Source of the DNA: Candidatus Poribacteria bacterium
GTDB lineage: Bacteria; Poribacteria; WGA-4E; WGA-3G
Length of the DNA stretch: 64,000 nt
NCBI GenBank assembly: GCA_022825825.1
Contig: JAJDWA010000019.1
Location: forward strand, 40,046-104,045
Direction: 5' to 3'
How positions within the stretch are numbered: the stretch's first letter is position 1; every line of letters starts with the position of its first letter. Made by a program: the position numbers and the translations under genes. This document shows positions 56,834 to 64,000 of the stretch, in pieces. The notes under the pieces are model-generated. The model saw nothing but the letters and a program-made list of their open reading frames with translations. It did not search any database and had not been told where the DNA came from.

Positions 56834-58063
56834 ATGAAAGATTCTACGTTTATCACGAGAGTCATTCTAAAGAACTATAAAAGTATCGCAGCTTGTGATG
56901 TGCAGTTACAGCCACTAACGTTTCTTGTAGGTCGCAACGGTGCAGGGAAGAGCAATTTTCTTGATGCGTTGCGATTCGTGGCAGATGCGTTAGATTCATC
57001 ATTGGAGCATGCAATACGCGATCGTGGGGGTATCAACGATGTCCGCCGCCGTTCTCGTGAGCACCCGAACCATTTCAGTATTCGCCTTGAATTCGTTTTG
57101 CCTGACGGTTCATCGGGACATTATGCTTTCCGAATTGGAACACGCTCTCCAGGAGGCTACGAGGTACAGAAAGAACAGTGTAAACTATATCCTGACATAT
57201 ACTTCCAAATTGAAAAAGGAACTGTGACGCATACAAGTGTCCAGGTTGCACCGCCTGCTGTGTCCGATCGACTCTACTTAGTAAACGCCTCAGGTTTGCC
57301 TGAATTTCGTCCTGTCTATGATGCATTTTCACGGATGGGATTTTACAATCTCAATCCTGACAAAATCCGAGATCCTCAAACACCTGATCATGGTAATATA
57401 CTAAATCGGAATGGCAGCAACATTACAAGTATCTTTGCGCAACTGTCCCCTAATGCGAAGCAAGACATTGAGGAATACCTTTCAATAATCGTACCTGGCG
57501 TTAGTGGTGTGGAAGTCGAAAAGTTTGGGGATAAGGAGATGTTAGTGTTCAGACAGGATGTTGCTGGTGACAAACACCCCTGGCATTTTCTTGCGAACAA
57601 TATGTCTGATGGCACACTCCGCGTGTTGGGAATTCTCGTAGCACTATTTCAAGGAAATCATGATACTCACAAGCACGTGTCACTTGTGGGAATTGAGGAG
57701 CCAGAGATAGCACTTCATCCAGGGGCGGTAGCCGTACTGCTTGATGGTCTTCGGGATGCTGCCCACAGAACACAGGTTATCGTCACCACTCACAGTCCAG
57801 AGCTGCTTGATGACAAGCACCTGGATGTAAACTCAATTCTGGCAGTTGAAGCACACGATGGCGATACAGTGATCGCTCCAGTGGATGAGGCAAGCAAATC
57901 TGTGGTGCAAGATCGACTGTTTACGGCTGGAGAACTTTTACGGAGTAATCAATTGCAACCAGATCCGGCAGCTCTCTCTACTGCAAAGGAGAAACAACTA
58001 TCTTTGCCTGATTTTGATAAGCCAAAGCCTGGTAAAGCGGAGAGTAGAGGAAAGCACAAATGA
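56834..58063 (+). CDS. ABC-type (AAA_21/OLD-family-like) ATPase
   Basis: Walker A GRNGAGKSN (nt 56930-56953), signature-like MSDGTLRVL, Walker B LVGIEEPEIALHP, and H-loop VTTHSPELL. No fused nuclease domain is present. Confidence 0.8.
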   Translation: MKDSTFITRVILKNYKSIAACDVQLQPLTFLVGRNGAGKSNFLDALRFVADALDSSLEHAIRDRGGINDVRRRSREHPNHFSIRLEFVLPDGSSGHYAFRIGTRSPGGYEVQKEQCKLYPDIYFQIEKGTVTHTSVQVAPPAVSDRLYLVNASGLPEFRPVYDAFSRMGFYNLNPDKIRDPQTPDHGNILNRNGSNITSIFAQLSPNAKQDIEEYLSIIVPGVSGVEVEKFGDKEMLVFRQDVAGDKHPWHFLANNMSDGTLRVLGILVALFQGNHDTHKHVSLVGIEEPEIALHPGAVAVLLDGLRDAAHRTQVIVTTHSPELLDDKHLDVNSILAVEAHDGDTVIAPVDEASKSVVQDRLFTAGELLRSNQLQPDPAALSTAKEKQLSLPDFDKPKPGKAESRGKHK

Positions 58064-58677
58064 CAGTCAAAATCGGTTGTATTGTCGAAGGGGAAAGCGA
58101 GGTGGAAACTGTACCCCTTCTGATTCGCCGTATCGATGCGAATCTTTATCCAGAATTGCCGATTATTGTGCCACCACCTATTCGCCGTCCCCGGAATAAG
58201 GTTGTTAAAGAGAACGAACTTGAAAGAGCAGTTGAATTCGTGGCTCGGCAGATTGGTGGGGAAGGTGCTATATTTATCATCCTTGATAGTGACGATGACT
58301 GTCCAGCAGAACTGGGACCTGAACTGCTTCATAGAGCGTCACAGACTCGTAGCGATTTACCGATTGCTGTTGTCCTTGCTAAACAAGAATTTGAGGCGTG
58401 GTTTCTTGCATCAGCGGAATCTCTACGTGGGAAGAGAGGATTAAAAAGTGATATTAATTCTCCAAATAATCCTGAAGCAATCCGTGGTGCAAAAGAGTGG
58501 TTGTATCAGCGGATGCAAACGGGTAATACGTACAGTGAAACAAGCGACCAACCCGCACTTGCAGCACTCTTTGACATTGAGAAAGCACGTCAAGCAGATT
58601 CGTTTGACAAATGCTACCGCGACATTGTTTGGCTTCTTGAAGAATTGCAAAAAGCAAATGATTTAACAAATGAATAA
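58060..58677 (+). CDS. DUF4276 family protein (Toprim-like E...DxD motifs)
   Basis: The start overlaps the ATPase stop (ATGA). Motifs are IVEGESE (aa 8-14), ILDSDDD (aa 74-80) and AKQEFEAWFLA. The pattern matches what I recall of DUF4276. Confidence 0.7.
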   Translation: MTVKIGCIVEGESEVETVPLLIRRIDANLYPELPIIVPPPIRRPRNKVVKENELERAVEFVARQIGGEGAIFIILDSDDDCPAELGPELLHRASQTRSDLPIAVVLAKQEFEAWFLASAESLRGKRGLKSDINSPNNPEAIRGAKEWLYQRMQTGNTYSETSDQPALAALFDIEKARQADSFDKCYRDIVWLLEELQKANDLTNE

Positions 58678-58729
58678 GGAAAGAATTGTCTAACACATCA
58701 AATTTACCAACTGAAATGGAGAATTGAAC

Positions 58730-60133
58730 ATGGAAAACAAACCAAATGTCATATTTGTTCTAACAGACGACCAAGGCCCTTGGGCAGCAGGCTGCTGCGG
58801 TAACGATGAGGTCCGCACCCCTTATATTGACCAACTTGCTGCAGAAGGCACACGTTTTCCTAACTTTTTTTGCACGAGTCCTGTCTGCTCACCCGCACGT
58901 GCAAGCCTCATGACCGGGCGTATCCCTTCAGCACACGGGGTACACGACTGGATTCGCGACGGAAATATGCCACCTGACCCCTCACGGTATCTTGAAGGTT
59001 TAACCTGCTATACCGATGTTCTTGCTGAGAACAATTACACGGTAGGATTGAGCGGCAAGTGGCACCTCGGAGATAGTCTAACACCGCAGCACGGCTTCAG
59101 TCACTGGTTCGCGTTACCCACCGGTGGTAGCCAATACAACGACGCGAATATGATCCGAGATGGACAAGTAGAGCAGCAACCTGGCTATCTAACTGATGTT
59201 ATCACTGATGATGCGTTAGAATTCATTTCAGCAAATAGTAATGCTCCGTTCTACCTTAGTGTCAACTATAATGCACCACATACCCCTTTTACAGGACATC
59301 CACAAGATATTGTTGATTCTTATGATGATTGTCCATTTAAAACGTGTCCACAAGAATCGTTACATCCGTGGGCAATACAAGGGGCAGCAGCACACATGGG
59401 CAATCGTGAGTCGTTAAAAGGCTATTTTGCTGCGATAACGGCACTTGATTTAAACGTCGGAAGGATTTTAGAACGGCTTGATGAGTTAGGTATCCGAGAA
59501 AACACGCTTGTTGTCTTTAGTAGTGATAACGGTTATTCATGCGGGCATCACGGATTTTGGCACAAAGGTAACGGCACGTTCCCACTGAATATGTATGAAA
59601 ACTCGGTAAAAGTTCCCTTTGTTATCAGTCAACCCGGTAGGATTCCAGAAGGACACGTCAGTGAGGCGATGGTGAGTCAATACGATTTCATGCCAACACT
59701 CCTTGATTATCTCGGTTTACCCGATCCAAATGATGATATGTCCCCCGGTAGAAGTTTTGTCCCCGCACTTACGGGAGAAACAAACGATGCGCAAGATGAA
59801 ATCGTTGTTTTTGATGAATACGGCCCTGTGCGTATGATCCGCACGCAAGAGTGGAAATATGTGCACCGATATCCTTACGGTCCACATGAATTGTACGACT
59901 TAGTGAAAGATCCGGGTGAACGTAAGAATCTGATAGATGAGAATGAACATAATGCCTTGATCTCCGATATGCGGCAACAGATGGGCGCATGGTTTGAGCG
60001 GTACGTAGTACCGGAATTGGATGGAGCAAGATGTTCGGTCACTGGCGGCGGACAAGCAGCTAAAATAGGTGAAGGTAATTACGGCGAAGATTCGTTCCAT
60101 CCAAGATATGCCTCACCTCGGCGAAATGTGTAG
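58730..60133 (+). CDS. Cys-type sulfatase (arylsulfatase A family), no signal peptide
   Basis: NVIFVLTDDQG and the formylglycine motif CSPARASLMTGR. ATG at 58730. Confidence 0.9.
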   Translation: MENKPNVIFVLTDDQGPWAAGCCGNDEVRTPYIDQLAAEGTRFPNFFCTSPVCSPARASLMTGRIPSAHGVHDWIRDGNMPPDPSRYLEGLTCYTDVLAENNYTVGLSGKWHLGDSLTPQHGFSHWFALPTGGSQYNDANMIRDGQVEQQPGYLTDVITDDALEFISANSNAPFYLSVNYNAPHTPFTGHPQDIVDSYDDCPFKTCPQESLHPWAIQGAAAHMGNRESLKGYFAAITALDLNVGRILERLDELGIRENTLVVFSSDNGYSCGHHGFWHKGNGTFPLNMYENSVKVPFVISQPGRIPEGHVSEAMVSQYDFMPTLLDYLGLPDPNDDMSPGRSFVPALTGETNDAQDEIVVFDEYGPVRMIRTQEWKYVHRYPYGPHELYDLVKDPGERKNLIDENEHNALISDMRQQMGAWFERYVVPELDGARCSVTGGGQAAKIGEGNYGEDSFHPRYASPRRNV

Positions 60134-60179
60134 TGGATGCATTCACAGACGGTTCGGTAATATCAACTGGAGAAAAGGG

Positions 60180-61718
60180 ATGCCAGAACATGAGAAAAAC
60201 CGTACAACAAACATTTCGCGTCGGCATTTTTTGAAAAATATTGGTACGGGTGCTGCCGCTGCAGCCTTGACTCCAGCAACCTTAATCAGCGGAGGAAAAA
60301 CAGGAGGAAATCAAATGCAAAATCAACCAAATGTCATTTTTATCCTAACTGACGACCAAGGTCCTTGGGCAGCAGGTTGTTGCGGCAATGATGAAGTCCG
60401 TACACCATTTATCGACCAGCTCGCTTCAGAAGGGACACGTTTTCCCAATTTTTTCTGCACAACTCCTGTATGTTCTCCGGCACGCGCAAGCCTGATGACT
60501 GGACGCATCCCCTCAGCACACGGTGTCCATGATTTTTGCCGTGACGGCAGCATGCCACCTAACGCTGAACGTTATCTTGAAGGTTTGACCTGCTATACCG
60601 ATGTGCTCGCAGAGAATAATTACACCGTGGGATTGAGTGGAAAGTGGCATCTGGGTGATAGTTTGACACCACAACACGGGTTTAACCACTGGTTCGCTAT
60701 GCCCTTAGGTGGAAGCAGATACAACAACGCCAACATGATTCGAGATGGTCAGGTTGAAGTGCAACCCGGCTACCTTACAGATGTTATTACCGATGACGCA
60801 TTAGATTTTATATCTAAAAATAAAGAAGGACCGTTCTACCTTAGTGTTAACTATAACGCGCCACATACCCCGTTTAACGGACATCCGAAAGACATCGTTG
60901 CTTCTTATGATAATTGTCCGTTCAAAACATGTCCGCAGGAGGCATTGCATCCGTGGGCAGGACGCGGCACAAACCAACACATGGGCAATCGCGAGTCGTT
61001 GAAAGGGTATTTCGCAGCAATAACAGCAATGGATCTAAACGTTGGGCGCATTTTAGAGCGACTTGCTGAGTTAGACATCCGCGAAAATACGCTTGTTGTT
61101 TTTAGTAGTGATAACGGCTATTCGTGTGGACATCACGGATTTTGGCATAAAGGCAACGGGACATTCCCACTGAATATGTATGAGAATTCGGTCAAGGTGC
61201 CTTTTATCATGAGCCAACCCGGTACGATTCCAGAAGGGCGTGTCAGTGAAGCGATGATGAGTCAATACGATTTCATGCCGACACTCCTTGATTATCTCGG
61301 TTTACCCGATCCGAATGATGATATGTCACCTGGCAGAAGTTTTGTCCCCGCCCTAACCAGAAAAACAAACGATGCGCAAGATGAGGTCGTTGTCTTCGAT
61401 GAATACGGTCCTGTCCGCATGATCCGCACGCAAGAATGGAAATATGTCCATCGTTATCCTTACGGTCCACATGAATTATATGACTTAATAAAAGATCCAG
61501 GAGAGCGAAAAAATCTAATAGACGACAAGTCGCAGAAAGCATTGATAACCGATATGCGGCGACAGATGGGTGCATGGTTTGAGCGGTACGTAGACCCGCG
61601 ATTGGACGGCACAAGATGTGCTGTTACCGGCAGAGGACAAAGGGCAAAGATTGGAGATGGAGTGTATGGTGAAGATGCCTTCAATCCAAGGGAAGGCAGA
61701 CGTGGATCAAGAGCTTAG
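60180..61718 (+). CDS. Cys-type sulfatase (arylsulfatase A family) with Tat signal peptide
   Basis: ATG at 60180 with RBS ggag. Tat motif SRRHFLKNIGTGAAAAAL, then NVIFILTDDQG and CSPARASLMTGR. It is a close paralog of the preceding gene. Confidence 0.9.
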   Translation: MPEHEKNRTTNISRRHFLKNIGTGAAAAALTPATLISGGKTGGNQMQNQPNVIFILTDDQGPWAAGCCGNDEVRTPFIDQLASEGTRFPNFFCTTPVCSPARASLMTGRIPSAHGVHDFCRDGSMPPNAERYLEGLTCYTDVLAENNYTVGLSGKWHLGDSLTPQHGFNHWFAMPLGGSRYNNANMIRDGQVEVQPGYLTDVITDDALDFISKNKEGPFYLSVNYNAPHTPFNGHPKDIVASYDNCPFKTCPQEALHPWAGRGTNQHMGNRESLKGYFAAITAMDLNVGRILERLAELDIRENTLVVFSSDNGYSCGHHGFWHKGNGTFPLNMYENSVKVPFIMSQPGTIPEGRVSEAMMSQYDFMPTLLDYLGLPDPNDDMSPGRSFVPALTRKTNDAQDEVVVFDEYGPVRMIRTQEWKYVHRYPYGPHELYDLIKDPGERKNLIDDKSQKALITDMRRQMGAWFERYVDPRLDGTRCAVTGRGQRAKIGDGVYGEDAFNPREGRRGSRA

Positions 61719-61881
61719 ATTTTTCCCATTATATTCTGTGTGGTAATTGCGCCCTACATAGAAATATGGGTTTGCTATGTGTGAGATCATCTTTTTAGCC
61801 GTTGAACAGACTTTGGGTATGCTATTTAACAGCAACTGAACTACAATGGACGCAGATTTTCTGAATATTAAGGAGGATATT

Positions 61882-62463
61882 ATGGCAGCTATTGCAGTGC
61901 AAACCCACCTGACACCTGAGGAGTACCTCGCGTGGGAACGCAAAGCCCCCTTCAAAAATGAATATCTCAGCGGACAGATACTCGCGATGTCTGGCGCGAG
62001 CCTCGCGCATAATCTGATCACAGGCAATATATTTAATGGACTTTACAACCAACTGGTGAATCGAGAATGTATGACTTTTAGCAGCGAAATGCGCGTGAAG
62101 GCGAACCCAATAACATCTTACTTTTATCCGGATGTCACCGTTGTCTGCGATGACCCCCGTTTTGAAGATGATGTGTTTGATACGCTCCTCAACCCAACTG
62201 TTATCGTAGAGGTGCTTTCCCCATCAACTGCAGCTTATGACAAAGGGGAGAAATTTGAGTCTTATAAGCAGATCGTGTCCTTGCAAGAATACGTCCTTGT
62301 TTCACAAGACAAAGTAAACGTTGAACGCCATTTTCGCTTAGAAATGCAGTGGAGGACTATTGAATTTCAGGATATCGCGGATGTGCTGCCACTGGATTCA
62401 ATTCGCTGCGAACTGCCTTTGAGTCATATCTATCGACGTGTCCAATGGACGGATACACCCTGA
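61882..62463 (+). CDS. Uma2 (DUF820) family endonuclease
   Basis: TPEEYLAWERKAPFKNEYLSGQI, YPDVTVVC and NPTVIVEVLSPST..YDKGEKFESY form the typical Uma2 PD-(D/E)xK pattern. ATG at 61882 with RBS aaggagg. Confidence 0.8.
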   Translation: MAAIAVQTHLTPEEYLAWERKAPFKNEYLSGQILAMSGASLAHNLITGNIFNGLYNQLVNRECMTFSSEMRVKANPITSYFYPDVTVVCDDPRFEDDVFDTLLNPTVIVEVLSPSTAAYDKGEKFESYKQIVSLQEYVLVSQDKVNVERHFRLEMQWRTIEFQDIADVLPLDSIRCELPLSHIYRRVQWTDTP

Positions 62464-62537
62464 TCCTACCGTAAATGCACTTTATAAGCGCACAAGGAGT
62501 TTTAGACTATTCATCTTATAGTAGATTTTAGAATTTT

Positions 62538-62598
62538 TTGGACACTTTGTACCAGCGAGGTTAGGAAACCTCGCCTACCGAGGGGTGAAAGTGTCCAA
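62538..62598. repeat. REP-like unit (family 1) nested inside an 11-bp outer inverted repeat
   Basis: The inner unit is gcgaggttaggaaacctcgcctacc (62555-62579). The outer arms are TTGGACACTTT (62538-62548) and AAAGTGTCCAA (62588-62598). Confidence 0.7.
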
Positions 62599-62635
62599 TT
62601 ATTTTCATAATTCACTATAAAAAGAAAGGAGTAAT

Positions 62636-63481
62636 ATGGCGAGCGCATTTGCACCTGGCAACATTTCGTGTGTTTTTAAAATAATTCCGCATGCCGATCC
62701 GGCACTTATGCATTCTCTCGGCATGGGTTTCACCGTCAAAGAGGGTGTCCAAGCCACCGTTTCGGAGTATGATCAAACAAAAGTGCTATTCAACGGGGAG
62801 GAGATCAATTTACCAACAGTTCGTGCTGTTGTGAATAAGTTAATCCAAAATACAAACACAGCAGGTATAAAGGTAAATCTTACGTCCCCGCTTCCGCTGG
62901 GTTGTGGTTTTGGGTTGAGCGGTGCTGCCTCACTCGCTACAGCGTACGCGCTGAACGAACTAATAGGAATAGAAAAAGAAAACGAAGAACTTGCAATGAT
63001 CGCGCATGTGGCTGAAGTTGAAAATCGGACAGGGTTGGGTGATGTCTGCTCACAATATCACGGCGGATGCCTCGTCAAGTTGAAGGAAGGTGCACCTTTA
63101 GTGGCAGACAAGTTGCCGATTCCCGAACAACCTATCTATTATCGGTATTTTGGTCCAATTCAAACGAGCGAAGTACTCAGAGACAGTGAACAAACGAAAC
63201 GTATCAACTGTGCTGCGGATGCAGCTTTAGCAGCGCTGCAAAGACTTATACATATCCCGTCAAATCCTGAACTCTTTACTGCATGCTTTGCAGTAGCCAA
63301 ACAATTTTCAGTGGAAAGTGGTTTGCTGAGCGATGCGCGAGTGATAGACACAATTGCACAGATTGAGTCAGCAGATGGCGTAGCGTCCATGATTATGTTG
63401 GGAAACGGGGTTTTCAGCACACATGCGTTTGATGACGCAACAGAGACACGCCTCGCTAAAAATCCTGCACGACTCATCTAA
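62636..63481 (+). CDS. GHMP kinase superfamily protein (pantoate kinase/COG1829-like)
   Basis: APGNISCVFKI N-terminus, GHMP motif II PLGCGFGLSGAASLA, AEVENRTGLGDVCSQYHGG and SMIMLGNGVF. Confidence 0.6.
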   Translation: MASAFAPGNISCVFKIIPHADPALMHSLGMGFTVKEGVQATVSEYDQTKVLFNGEEINLPTVRAVVNKLIQNTNTAGIKVNLTSPLPLGCGFGLSGAASLATAYALNELIGIEKENEELAMIAHVAEVENRTGLGDVCSQYHGGCLVKLKEGAPLVADKLPIPEQPIYYRYFGPIQTSEVLRDSEQTKRINCAADAALAALQRLIHIPSNPELFTACFAVAKQFSVESGLLSDARVIDTIAQIESADGVASMIMLGNGVFSTHAFDDATETRLAKNPARLI

Positions 63482-63531
63482 AACAGATATTTTACGTCTT
63501 ACACTTAACCATCTCGTTAGCTGGAGTTACA

Positions 63532-64000
63532 ATGGGACCGAAAGTTACTGTCTTCTTAGCGTTTTTTGTGGCGTCTTCAGCCTTCTGTGCGGTAGATATT
63601 GAGGATGCAACATTTGGCTTCAATAATGGATATAGGGCGGGGAAATGGACACCCTTGAATGTTATCGTGAGGAGTCAGAATAACCCCAACCCGTTTATTG
63701 GAGAACTCACGGTTGAAGTTCGTAATTTATATTCGGATGAGACTGTTTACCGTTATATGACTCCGCTGCAGCTGAGTAAGACTGATCTTAAACTTAAAAA
63801 ACTCTATATCTACTGTCCAAAAACTGCCATAAAACTTTTCATTCAAGTGGTGCGAACAAGAGGAAACGATAAGAAAATTATCAATTCAGAACCAATTGCT
63901 ATACAAGAACTCTCACCACCGGCACCGATAGAAAACAAAGATTATTTCGTGTTGGTATTAGCACCGAGCGGCGATAAACTCAAAAAAATCATTGACAAAA
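63532..64000 (+). CDS. hypothetical secreted protein (3' end outside window)
   Basis: ATG at 63532 with RBS ggag and a signal peptide MGPKVTVFLAFFVASSAFCA. The frame stays open to the window edge. It is absent from the ORF track because it has no stop codon in the window. Confidence 0.5.
   Translation, partial: MGPKVTVFLAFFVASSAFCAVDIEDATFGFNNGYRAGKWTPLNVIVRSQNNPNPFIGELTVEVRNLYSDETVYRYMTPLQLSKTDLKLKKLYIYCPKTAIKLFIQVVRTRGNDKKIINSEPIAIQELSPPAPIENKDYFVLVLAPSGDKLKKIIDK

Noticed and set aside
60069-60179. Long 5' extension of the second sulfatase ORF, overlapping the first sulfatase
   Set aside because: The extension overlaps the upstream gene by 65 nt. ATG at 60180 has an RBS and places the Tat motif at the proper distance from the N-terminus.
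61707-62052. Minus-strand ORFs of 106 and 76 aa between the sulfatase and Uma2 genes
   Set aside because: They overlap the well-supported Uma2 gene start and the sulfatase end. They have no RBS and low-complexity translations.
7084-62598. CRISPR array hypothesis for the recurring hairpin repeats
   Set aside because: The units are scattered singly or as inverted pairs in different intergenic regions. They are not regularly spaced direct repeats with spacers, and no cas genes are present.

Overview
This is a 64-kb bacterial chromosomal window, probably from a metagenome-assembled, diderm-type genome. It holds about 60 protein-coding genes. I saw no rRNA, tRNA or CRISPR array.

Core content:
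- Kdo transferase and thioredoxin.
- A Tat-exported three-subunit molybdenum hydroxylase operon.
- Many stand-alone oxidoreductases: 4 phytanoyl-CoA dioxygenase paralogs, 2 SDRs, an aldo/keto reductase, an MDR dehydrogenase and a VOC protein.
- 4 xylose-isomerase-like TIM-barrel genes next to a DgoD-like dehydratase.
- An Aap-type amino-acid ABC transporter, Ogt, a methionine-gamma-lyase-family enzyme, and two tandem Cys-type sulfatases.

Secreted or surface proteins carrying LamG, dockerin, T9SS-type C-terminal, C-type lectin, VHL-beta-like and TPR modules are frequent. This gene mix is reminiscent of marine or sponge-associated Poribacteria/Planctomycetes-like heterotrophs. That placement is inference only.

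Most interesting accessory content:
1. An AT-rich three-gene island (38.3-42.6 kb). It encodes a 782-aa protein with a DUF4238-like N-terminus, a 113-aa ORF, and a beta-class DNA methyltransferase fused to an HNH nuclease. I consider it a candidate undescribed defence/R-M-like system.
2. A translationally coupled ABC/OLD-type ATPase plus DUF4276 (Toprim-like E...DxD) pair at 56.8-58.7 kb. It resembles a split OLD/PARIS-type module.
3. A membrane-tethered ECF sigma factor with an extracytoplasmic C-type lectin domain, followed by a sigma-less paralog.
4. An AT-rich locus with a trypsin-like protease whose ~120-aa repeat module lies on both sides of a TM helix.
5. A family of GTAG-headed REP/BIME-like hairpin repeats with compensatory stem changes, scattered through intergenic regions.
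6. An IS3-type transposase remnant, toxin-antitoxin-like debris and a Uma2 nuclease.

All functional calls rest on motifs I recognise by eye in the translations. No database search was run.
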